DNA of 31,018 nucleotides, taken from NCBI GenBank assembly GCA_964658025.1, contig CAZZXB010000016.1, positions 1-31,018 of the forward strand. Direction: 5' to 3'. Origin of the DNA: an uncultured Janthinobacterium sp. GTDB lineage: Bacteria > Vulcanimicrobiota > Vulcanimicrobiia > Vulcanimicrobiales > Vulcanimicrobiaceae. The translations under genes and the position numbers were made by a program. The notes beneath the pieces were generated by a model, which had not been told where the DNA came from, searched no databases, and saw nothing but the letters and a program-made list of their open reading frames with translations. Below are positions 1 through 7,986 of this stretch, piece by piece. How positions within the stretch are numbered: the stretch's first letter is position 1; every line of letters begins with the position of its first letter.

Positions 1-1772
1 TTTCGGCTCGTCGGGCGGGCCGCGTGATACCAGATCGCCGCGCCGCACGCCGTCGCGAACGCGAGCGCGATCGCGCCGTGCGTCACGTCGCCGAGGACGA
101 TCTTCCCGATGCCGAAGAGCGAGCCGTAGACGAGGCCGCAACCGGCGATCCAGTCGAGCGCGTTGACGCCGAGCGAATCGGGGCTCGGCGCGAGGCCGGA
201 CGACGTCGCGATCTTGCGCCACCCGCGTCCGCTCGGACGGACGCGTTCGTAGAACCGCAACAGCGTCGCCTCGCTTTCGGGCCGCGTGCAGAGCGTGACG
301 ACGATCCAGACGAGCGTCGTGAGCGGCACGGTGACGAGCAAGACCTCTTGATCCGCGCTCGCGTCGGTGAAGACGTGCGCGAGCAGTAACGCGTTGGAGA
401 TGACGGCCGACGCGACGAGTGCCGAGATCTCGCTCCACGCGTTGACGCGCCACCAGTACCAACGCAGGATCATCACGAGCCCGACGCCGGCGGTGAGGTT
501 GAAGAGATAGATCCAGGCGCCGCCGACGGAGCTGTTCAGATAGGCGCCCGCGATCGCGAGAAACATGACGACGACCGTCATGAGCCGCGAGATGCCGACG
601 TAGTGCGACTCGCTCGCGTCCGGGCGCACGAAGCGGCGGTAGACGTCGTTCGTGAGATACGACGCGCCGAGATTGAGGTGCGTGCCGATCGTCGACATGT
701 ACGCGGCGAGGAACCCCGCGATCATGAGCCCGCGCGCCCACGCGGGCAAGTAATCGATCATCGCTTGGATGTAACCGAGTTCGTTATCGACCTTACCGTC
801 GGGTCCGCGGACGCCGTGCGGATAGAGCACGATCGCGGCGAGCGCGACGAGGATCCACGGCCACGGCCGCAGCGCGTAGTGCGCGACGTTGAAGAAGAGC
901 GTCGCGAAGAGCGAATCGTTCTCGCTCCGCGCGCTGAAGATACGCTGCGCGATGTAGCCGCCGCCGCCCGGTTCCGCGCCCGGATACGACGACGCCCACC
1001 ACTGCACGCCGATGTACGTGACGAAGGTGAGCAGCGGCAACCACGTCGCGTTCGCCGTGGGAAAGAACGCGAGCAGCGAGCCGTGCGACGTGCCGACGGC
1101 GCGCGCGGCGTCGACGGCGGCGAGTTTCGTTTCGAGCGCGCCGATGCCGCCGACCGCGGCGACCGCGGCGATCGCGAGGACGATCGCCATCGACATCTTC
1201 ACGACGAATTGCAAGAGATCGGTCACGAGCACGCCCCAGAGTCCGCCGATCGTCACGTAGATCGCGGTGAACACGAGACACACCGCGAGCGCTTCGAACT
1301 TCGGCACGTGCAGCGTGAGTTCGAGGATCTTCGCCATCGCGAGATTCACCCAACCCATGATGACCGTGTTCACGAAGAGTCCCTGGAAGAGCGCGCGCAC
1401 GAGTCGCAGCGCGGCCGCGGGTTTTCCGCCGTAACGGAGTTCGATGAACTCGACGTCGGTGAGCACGCCCGAACGGCGCCAGAGTTTCGCGAAGAAGAAG
1501 ACCGTGAGGATGCCCGACATGACCGAGCTCCACCAGACCCAATTCCCCGCGATGCCGTGCTCGGTGACGAAGCCCGTGACCGCGAGCGGCGTGTCGGCCG
1601 CGAACGTCGTGGCGACCATCGAGATCCCCGCGAGCCACCACGGCACGTTGCGCCCGGAGAGGAAGAACTCGCCGACGCTCTTGCCGCCGCGGCGCGCGAA
1701 GTAGAGTCCGATACCGAGGTTGAGCGCGAAGAACAGGACGATCACGACGTCGTCGGTCCGCGAGAGCGTCAT
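1..1772 (-). CDS. Sodium:solute symporter (SSS/SLC5) family protein, 3' end truncated by the window edge
   Basis: Absent from the ORF track because it has no stop in the window. Manual translation from ATG 1772: MTLSRTDDVVIVLFFALNLGIGLYFARRGGKSVGEFFLSGRNVPWWLAGISMVATTFAADTPLAVTG...GGLWGVLVTDLLQF...GGGGYIAQRIFSA...AAYMST. SSS signature motifs and many TM helices. Confidence 0.93.
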   Translation of the reverse strand, partial: MTLSRTDDVVIVLFFALNLGIGLYFARRGGKSVGEFFLSGRNVPWWLAGISMVATTFAADTPLAVTGFVTEHGIAGNWVWWSSVMSGILTVFFFAKLWRRSGVLTDVEFIELRYGGKPAAALRLVRALFQGLFVNTVIMGWVNLAMAKILELTLHVPKFEALAVCLVFTAIYVTIGGLWGVLVTDLLQFVVKMSMAIVLAIAAVAAVGGIGALETKLAAVDAARAVGTSHGSLLAFFPTANATWLPLLTFVTYIGVQWWASSYPGAEPGGGGYIAQRIFSARSENDSLFATLFFNVAHYALRPWPWILVALAAIVLYPHGVRGPDGKVDNELGYIQAMIDYLPAWARGLMIAGFLAAYMSTIGTHLNLGASYLTNDVYRRFVRPDASESHYVGISRLMTVVVMFLAIAGAYLNSSVGGAWIYLFNLTAGVGLVMILRWYWWRVNAWSEISALVASAVISNALLLAHVFTDASADQEVLLVTVPLTTLVWIVVTLCTRPESEATLLRFYERVRPSGRGWRKIATSSGLAPSPDSLGVNALDWIAGCGLVYGSLFGIGKIVLGDVTHGAIALAFATACGAAIWYHAARPTSR

Positions 1773-1790
1773 GCGCCCCCGCCTTCGCGG

Positions 1791-2279
1791 TCAGAACGAA
1801 ATCGTCATCGTCGGTGCATCGGTGTAGTTTCCCGACGGCACCACCTGGCTCGCCGGGAGGAGGCCGTAATACGGCAACGACGCCGTCGCGCCGCCGAGGA
1901 CGATCGTCAGCGCGAGCGTTCCGGTCGCCGTGCCGGCCGTCCCGTCGCCGAAGACGATCGTGTCGAGCGGGTCGAGGTAGACGTTGTAGGCGAGCCTCGC
2001 GCTCGTCGGTCCCGCCATCGCGCGATTCGGAAGCGTTCCCGACGTGCCGGACGAGAGCGAGAGCGCGACGGTCACCGCGAGACCGAGCGTCCCCGTGCAG
2101 GTAACGTTCGCGTTTCCCGTAGTCTTCTGCGCGCTCGTGGCGAGCGAGTAACTCGCGAACGAGAGCGTCCCCGCGCCGACCGAACAACTGCACGACACGC
2201 ACAGGCTGCTCGCCGGTTTCGGCGGCAGTGCGAAGACGACGGCGAGGATCAGTGCTGCGAGACGGAGCGTTCGGTGCAT
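1791..2279 (-). CDS. Spore coat U (SCPU)/Csu-type minor or tip pilin
   Basis: Signal peptide, CSVGAGTLSFASY, VTC, LAYNVY...FGDGT and C-terminal GNYTDAPTMTISF, typical of SCPU domains. Last gene of the chaperone-usher block, overlapping the usher stop. Confidence 0.88.
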   Translation of the reverse strand: MHRTLRLAALILAVVFALPPKPASSLCVSCSCSVGAGTLSFASYSLATSAQKTTGNANVTCTGTLGLAVTVALSLSSGTSGTLPNRAMAGPTSARLAYNVYLDPLDTIVFGDGTAGTATGTLALTIVLGGATASLPYYGLLPASQVVPSGNYTDAPTMTISF

Positions 2280-4474
2280 GGCACGTTCCCGAGATCGACG
2301 AGGAGGGTCGTGAGCGGTGGGACGTCGACGACGCCCGCACAGCGATCGTTCGCGACGAACGACCAGCGGCCGGGTTCGAGTTCGTCGGATTGGAAGGTCG
2401 CGAAATCGTCGAGCGCCACCGCGACGCGGTGCGTGTCGCGAAAGAAACGGACCGTTCCCGAGACGAGCGATCGCGTGCGATCGACGATTCGGCCCCGTGC
2501 GAAGCGCTCGACGCGCGCGCCGAAGCGCGCGACGGTTCCGCCGCGTCGCGAGGGAACGACGGTAACGGAATCGCTCGCGAGCGAGACGTCGAGCGGCAGC
2601 GTGGAGGAATCGATCGTGACGGTCGCGGGCGTGTACGGCAGTAATCCGCCGACGAGTAAGTCGCCCGATGCGTCGGTCCTACCCACGTAGCGGCCGTCTG
2701 CGTGAACGGGCAGGTTCGCGAATCCCGGAACTTCGACGAGCACGAAACCGTCGCCGAGTTCGCGCGCGGGACGTACCGAACGATCGATCGCGGCGAAGCC
2801 GCCGCTCGTCTCGAACGAGATCTGTTGTCGCGAACCCGCGCTCCGATAGACGCCGAGTTGCGTGTTCGTGGACGAGTTCGCGTAGCCGACCGAGGCCTGA
2901 ACCGAACCGGCGCCGACGTCGACGGCGCTGCGCGTTCCGAGTTCTCCCGCCGGATAGGACGCATAGCCCGCGCGCACGCCGTCGGCACCCGCCGAGAGCG
3001 TCTCGGTCTCGCTCCGTCCGTTCCGTCGGACGGTCGCCGCGGAAAAGCGTAGCGCGAACGTCGTCGTCGATTTCGCGAAGGCGCTCGTGACGCGCTGCAC
3101 GCCGAGCGACACGTAACGACCGCCGGGCAACGATCGATCGATCTCGGCGACGAATCCACGCGAGGGTGCGTCGCCGCTTGCGAATTGCGACGCCTCGAAC
3201 CGCACCGACGTCGAGCGATCGAAATCGTGTTGGACCGCGAGCGAGATCTGCCGATCCTGCCCTCCGCCGATCGTCGTCGCCGCGAACGCGAGCGGTTCCG
3301 CGGAGCGCGCCGAATACGTCGCCTGTACCGTATCGGAACGCGATGCGAGTTGGACCGAGCCTTCCACGCCCGGGTGTCCCGCGAGATCTTCGACGGCGAG
3401 GTGGGCGAGCGTCGCGCGTCCGATCGCGACGTCGCTCGAGAGTCGCACGAGATCGCGACCGGTTTGCGCGCGCGAGACCAGTCCGAGCGTCAGCCGATCG
3501 GTCACGCCGACGCGCCGGGCCGCCGTTAGCGCGAAGTCGCCACGGTCGACGTCGCGTCCGGCGGAGTACGAGTAATCGCTCGAACCCATCGCGAGTAACG
3601 AGGGTTGTGCGACGAGCGTTTCGTCGAACGAACGCGCGCTCCCGTCGGCGTTACGCAGGACGACGCGCACGTTCGCGTCCGAAGCGCCCGCGATCCCCTG
3701 CAGCGCGTAGGGTCCCGGTGCGATCGGCACGCTCTCGCGCAGGCTGCCGTTCACGTAGATGTCCGCCGTCGCGGGCTGCGTCGCGACGCCCGAGAATGCG
3801 GGGAGCGGAAAGCTCGGTCGCGCGGGATCGAGGCCGAAATCGCGTCGATACGATACGCCCTCCAAATTCGATCCCGAATCGCCCGCGGTCGACGCGCTCT
3901 GGAAGCGACCGGCGAACAACGCCGTCCGACGATCGGGAAGATCGTGCTCGGCGAAGACTTGCGGTTGCGCGTACGAATCGCCGATCGCGCCCGTCGCGAC
4001 GAGTTGCGTCGTACCGACCGTCGCACCGGCATCGATGCCGAGGCGCCCCGTGTTGCCGGAAACCTCGAGCAGATCGTAATTCGCATACGCGCTCGGATGG
4101 CGCACGTCCGAACGTAATGCGGAGGGCGCGGAGACGTCGATCGTCTGCGTTTTGGTGTTGACGACGGTGAAGTGCGCGAGCATCGCGTCGTCGTCGTAGG
4201 TGACGGTCGTGCGCGGCCCGAGTCGTTGCGGTGAGATGCGGTCGGTCGACGGATCGATCGCGGCGGGCGGAATCGGAATGCCGTCGCGGGCGAGATCGCG
4301 TGCGTCGAGATCGACGAGTCGCGGTCCGTCGACGACGGCGCGCACGTCGCCGACCGACGAACCGTTCACGTCGGCGGCGACGAGCAGGGTCTCGTCATCC
4401 GCGCACGCCGAGCGCGCGGTTCCGAAGAAACCGAAAACGATCGCGAACGCGATCGCTACGGACGCCCGGAACAT
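2249..4474 (-). CDS. Fimbrial outer-membrane usher (CsuD/PapC-like)
   Basis: 741 aa with signal peptide, NYD motif, plug-like GVATQPATADIYVNG...PGPY, LLAMGSSDYSYSAG, GVTDRLTLG, GRTDASGDLLV..LLPY and a C-terminal Cys pair. Lies between chaperone and pilin. Confidence 0.9.
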   Translation of the reverse strand: MFRASVAIAFAIVFGFFGTARSACADDETLLVAADVNGSSVGDVRAVVDGPRLVDLDARDLARDGIPIPPAAIDPSTDRISPQRLGPRTTVTYDDDAMLAHFTVVNTKTQTIDVSAPSALRSDVRHPSAYANYDLLEVSGNTGRLGIDAGATVGTTQLVATGAIGDSYAQPQVFAEHDLPDRRTALFAGRFQSASTAGDSGSNLEGVSYRRDFGLDPARPSFPLPAFSGVATQPATADIYVNGSLRESVPIAPGPYALQGIAGASDANVRVVLRNADGSARSFDETLVAQPSLLAMGSSDYSYSAGRDVDRGDFALTAARRVGVTDRLTLGLVSRAQTGRDLVRLSSDVAIGRATLAHLAVEDLAGHPGVEGSVQLASRSDTVQATYSARSAEPLAFAATTIGGGQDRQISLAVQHDFDRSTSVRFEASQFASGDAPSRGFVAEIDRSLPGGRYVSLGVQRVTSAFAKSTTTFALRFSAATVRRNGRSETETLSAGADGVRAGYASYPAGELGTRSAVDVGAGSVQASVGYANSSTNTQLGVYRSAGSRQQISFETSGGFAAIDRSVRPARELGDGFVLVEVPGFANLPVHADGRYVGRTDASGDLLVGGLLPYTPATVTIDSSTLPLDVSLASDSVTVVPSRRGGTVARFGARVERFARGRIVDRTRSLVSGTVRFFRDTHRVAVALDDFATFQSDELEPGRWSFVANDRCAGVVDVPPLTTLLVDLGNVPCTERSVSQH

Positions 4475-5232
4475 GCGACGCTTCGGTCGACCGCGAAATC
4501 CGGGAGCACCGCGCGTTCGGTCGATCCCGTTACGACGAAGCGTTGCGCTCGCGCGCAGACGTCGGGCGGAAGCGTGACGGCGATCGCCGATAACGAACGC
4601 GGTAACGCATACCAGCCGTGGCTCTGCGCCTCGGCGACGCGCGCGCCGTTACGGTCGAACGCCGCGACCGCGACCGAGCGCACGACGTCGTGTTCGGTAC
4701 CGTCGTTCGCGATGCGGACCGACCACGCGCGATCGCTTCGGACCAACCGTGCCACGCGCGTCGCGGGCGTCGCGGCTCCGGCCGCGGCGAGGAAGACCGG
4801 CATCGTCACGCGCACGCGATAGGTGATCATCTCCACGTGCGGTTGCGAGGGATCTTCGATCTGCGTGAACGAGAGGCGGTATGCGCGTTCGGTATCGCTC
4901 GGCGCCTCGAGCGAGCCGACGCGGACGTTATGCGTTTCGTGCGGCCCCAAAACGAGGCGCCGCGGGTAGACGAGCAAACCCGCGGCTTCCGAGAGGACGA
5001 GATTCGAGCTTTCGCTCTGTTGCCACGCATACGCGCGGACGTCGACGACGAGCGCCTGGTCGCCGGCGTTCGTGACCGCGACCGCCTCCGACTGCTTCCC
5101 CGCGCCGAGTTCGACCGAGATCGGGGCGACGGCGATGCTCGCGGGTTGGACGTTCTGCGCGCGCGCGACCGCGACGCTCGCGATCGCGTACGAGCAGACG
5201 ACCGCGAGCGCTCCGATCCGGAGGCGAGGCAT
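4456..5232 (-). CDS. Periplasmic pilus chaperone (PapD/CsuC-like)
   Basis: Signal peptide, VAPISVEL, VTNAGD, AWQQ, VYP..LVLGP, ERAYRL, MPVF and IANDGTEH motifs. Confidence 0.9.
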   Translation of the reverse strand: MPRLRIGALAVVCSYAIASVAVARAQNVQPASIAVAPISVELGAGKQSEAVAVTNAGDQALVVDVRAYAWQQSESSNLVLSEAAGLLVYPRRLVLGPHETHNVRVGSLEAPSDTERAYRLSFTQIEDPSQPHVEMITYRVRVTMPVFLAAAGAATPATRVARLVRSDRAWSVRIANDGTEHDVVRSVAVAAFDRNGARVAEAQSHGWYALPRSLSAIAVTLPPDVCARAQRFVVTGSTERAVLPDFAVDRSVACSGRP

Positions 5233-5235
5233 TCC

Positions 5236-5754
5236 TTAGTAGGTCAGCGTGACGGTAACGTTGTCGGTGTAGACGCCGCTCCCGACCGTGTAGAGACCGC
5301 CCGCGATCTTACCGTAGACGTTCGTGAGCGTCGCGACGCCCGGGGTCACGGGGATCGTCGCGCTTCCGCCCGTGCCGTCGCCCCATACGGTCGTCGCCGC
5401 CGCGGTCGTGTAGACTTGGTAGGGAAGGAGCGTCGTGCCGCTCTTCATGGCGCGTCCGGCGAAATTCGCCGCGGTTCCGGCGTTCTGGCCGGCGTCCGCG
5501 CTGAGGACCGGGGTGCCGCCCGAGGTACAGGTCGTCGTCATCACGGCCGTCGCGCTCGCGGCGGTGCCGTTATAGTTGCCGAAGGCCATCGGTCCGACCG
5601 TGAGCAGGCAGGCGTTGATGACGGTCGCATTGACGATCATGGTGCCGGTCGTCGTGGTCGCGTCGGCGAGCGCGCCGTTCGCGCCGAGGGCGAAGATCGT
5701 GACGAGCGCGGGGAGCACGGCGGTACGGATCGTGCGGGATAGGAAGCGGAGCAT
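5236..5754 (-). CDS. Spore coat U/CsuA/B-type major pilin
   Basis: True start is ATG 5754 behind AAGGAGG; the ORF-track extension to 6351 is spurious. Signal peptide ALA-D, donor strand ATTTTGTMIVNATV, NAC...FGNY, TCT, LPYQVY, WGDGTGGS and GVYTDNVTVTLTY. Confidence 0.92.
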   Translation of the reverse strand: MLRFLSRTIRTAVLPALVTIFALGANGALADATTTTGTMIVNATVINACLLTVGPMAFGNYNGTAASATAVMTTTCTSGGTPVLSADAGQNAGTAANFAGRAMKSGTTLLPYQVYTTAAATTVWGDGTGGSATIPVTPGVATLTNVYGKIAGGLYTVGSGVYTDNVTVTLTY

Positions 5755-5776
5755 GAGGGTCCTCCTTGACACTCGA

Positions 5777-5795
5777 GCGAGAATTAGTTTCTCGC
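5777..5795. promoter_or_regulatory. Perfect 7-bp inverted repeat GCGAGAA-N5-TTCTCGC just upstream of the pilin RBS (operator or 5'UTR hairpin)
   Basis: Seen directly: gcgagaa ttagt ttctcgc in the relatively AT-rich divergent intergenic region 5755-5946. Confidence 0.4.
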
Positions 5796-5946
5796 AACGT
5801 ATGTGGTATCGGTCGGACCGGACGCGTTGTGTACCGAAGCGCGTCACGTTTGTCCGTCGCGCTTGCGTAAAGAGAGCGGACGCGAACGCGCCGAGGCGGG
5901 ACCGGGGCGGCCGCGCGGCGCGTTGAACTGCCCCGTCGTGAGGGAC

Positions 5947-7986
5947 GTGCGAACGGCGCTGGTTCTCGGCGGCCTGCTCGCCTGCTCGGATTTCGCGAAC
6001 CCGTCGGCGGCGGCCGCGACGCCGACCTTCCTTCCGGCACCCGCACTCGTGCGGTCGCGAGTCGGTTGCGCGCTCGATCCGGTGCGCTTGCGCGCCGCGC
6101 TCGAACGTCGGGCGAAGCGAGCGGGCGCCGACGCGGGTCCCGAACTCGCGCTCGCGCGTTGGCGGGCGCTCGACGCGCGCTTCGCCCGCGCCGGGCGGAC
6201 GGGCGCGGAAGCGAACGCCGCGCTCGACGTCCGCATCGCCGTCTCCGGCGGCACGCGCGAACGGTACGCGCTCGACGTCGATCGCGCGGGCGTCCGCATC
6301 GTCGCGAGCGACGACGAGGCGGCGTTCGACGCGTTCGCGACCCTCGCGCAAGCCGCGGAACGCACGGACGACGGGCGTTTGCGCCTGACGTGCGGTCGGA
6401 TCGAAGACGCGCCCGCGATGCGTTGGCGGATCCTCTCCGACGACGTCTCGCGCGGACCGCTCCCGACGCTACGATACTTCGAGGAACGGATCCGCACGAT
6501 CGCGGGCTTGAAGATGAACGGCTACTCGCCGTACTTCGAGCACGTCTTCGTCGCTCCGGAGCATCCGCTTCCGGCGCCGCTCGACGGGATCGCGCCGGAC
6601 GAACTCCGCGCGCTCGCGCGCTACGCCGCGCGCTTTCACGTCGCGCTGATCCCCGAGCAACAGACGTTCGCGCACATGCACGGAACGCTCGCGTACGAAC
6701 GCTACGCGCCGCTCGCCGAACTCCCGCACGGATACTTACTCTCTCCCGCGGCGCCCGCGGGCGAAGCGTATACGGACGATCTCATCGCGGACGAACTGCG
6801 TGCGGTGCCGCATCCGCCGTTCTTCCATATCGGATCGGACGAACCGAGCGATCTCGGGCGCGGTGCGGCGCGGGATCTCGTCGCCCGCCAAGGCGACGGA
6901 CCCGTGTACGCGCGTCACGTGATCGATACGGCGAATTTCGTGGTGACGCACGGCGGCGGTCGACCGCTCATCTGGGACGACGCGCTCTCGCAGCATCCCG
7001 AACTCTTCGCGAGTCTGCCGAAATCGCTCGTGTTCGTGAACTGGCATTACGGTCGCGAGAAAACGTTTCGGCCGTACATCGATCGCATCGCACGCGGCGG
7101 ATTCGAACAACTCGTGGCGCCCGGAGCGCTGAATTGGAACGAGATCTATCCCGATCTCGACGGCGCGCTTTCGAACATCGAGCGCTTCACGCGCGAAGGC
7201 AAGGACGCGGGCGTGCTCGGCTTGTTCCAGACGGTCTGGCACGACGACGGCGAGACGCTCTTCGAGGCGACGTGGTACCCGATCGCGTATGCCGCGGCGA
7301 GCGCGTGGGAACGCGGGAGCGTCGATCGCGTCGGCTTTCCGCGCACGTTCGCGCGCGCGTTCTTCGGGACGGAGGACGCGCGCTACGCGAGCGATCTCAC
7401 CGACCTCGCGCGTTGCGGCGTGCTCGTGCGCGACAACCCGCGCGAGTACGGCGACTATCTCTTCTGGTCCGATCCCTTCGCGTCCGATCTCGCGAGCGTC
7501 GCGACGAAGATGGATCTCTCGGCGCTCCGGCTCGCGGCGGAAGACGCCGAGGCGCACCTCCGGCTCGCACCGGCGCCGCCGCTCCACGCCAACGCGGCGC
7601 GCGTGATGTTTCTCGCGGCACGGCGGTACGACGCGCTCGGTCGCGAATTCCAGATCTCGAACGAGGCGCGCGCGTATTACGACGACGCGCGCGCGAACGT
7701 CGGAGGCGGCCACGACGGCTACGTCTATCGCGGTCTCAACGTGACGAAATATCTCTTCTGGGAGGAGCGCGATTCCATGCTCGAACTCGAACCGCTCGTG
7801 CGCGCGGCGTGGGAGTACGAAGATCGCGCGAGCCACGAAGCGAGCGTGCTGGAACGGTATCGCGTCGCCGCCGATCGCGCGATCGTGCGCGCCGATCGGA
7901 TCACGGATGCGACGTATCGCGATTACGTCGCGCACAAGACGTTGCCGTCGTTCGACGACGCGATCGGACTCGAAACCGCACCGTGA
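5947..7986 (+). CDS. Secreted glycoside hydrolase family 20 (beta-N-acetylhexosaminidase-like)
   Basis: GH20 domain-2 features (ERYALDV, IEDAPAMRWR), DDVSRG, IPEQQTFAH, catalytic HIGSDE, WDD and NWHY. Signal peptide follows GTG 5947 (alternative 5938). Confidence 0.9.
   Translation: MRTALVLGGLLACSDFANPSAAAATPTFLPAPALVRSRVGCALDPVRLRAALERRAKRAGADAGPELALARWRALDARFARAGRTGAEANAALDVRIAVSGGTRERYALDVDRAGVRIVASDDEAAFDAFATLAQAAERTDDGRLRLTCGRIEDAPAMRWRILSDDVSRGPLPTLRYFEERIRTIAGLKMNGYSPYFEHVFVAPEHPLPAPLDGIAPDELRALARYAARFHVALIPEQQTFAHMHGTLAYERYAPLAELPHGYLLSPAAPAGEAYTDDLIADELRAVPHPPFFHIGSDEPSDLGRGAARDLVARQGDGPVYARHVIDTANFVVTHGGGRPLIWDDALSQHPELFASLPKSLVFVNWHYGREKTFRPYIDRIARGGFEQLVAPGALNWNEIYPDLDGALSNIERFTREGKDAGVLGLFQTVWHDDGETLFEATWYPIAYAAASAWERGSVDRVGFPRTFARAFFGTEDARYASDLTDLARCGVLVRDNPREYGDYLFWSDPFASDLASVATKMDLSALRLAAEDAEAHLRLAPAPPLHANAARVMFLAARRYDALGREFQISNEARAYYDDARANVGGGHDGYVYRGLNVTKYLFWEERDSMLELEPLVRAAWEYEDRASHEASVLERYRVAADRAIVRADRITDATYRDYVAHKTLPSFDDAIGLETAP

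Noticed and set aside
603..3159. Long ORFs 603-2690 (+) and 793-3159 (-)
   Set aside because: Antisense or alternate-frame shadows of the SSS, pilin and usher genes. Stop codons are scarce in high-GC DNA and the translations are Arg/Ala-rich with no motifs.
5755..5900. Possible c-di-GMP riboswitch upstream of the pilin
   Set aside because: No recognisable GEMM consensus (GNRA tetraloop/receptor arrangement) on the minus strand; only short stems.
6066..7982. 1325-aa ORF suggesting a giant transporter fusion
   Set aside because: The first ~640 aa are Arg-rich shadow translation overlapping the GH20 gene; the real start is GTG 7983.
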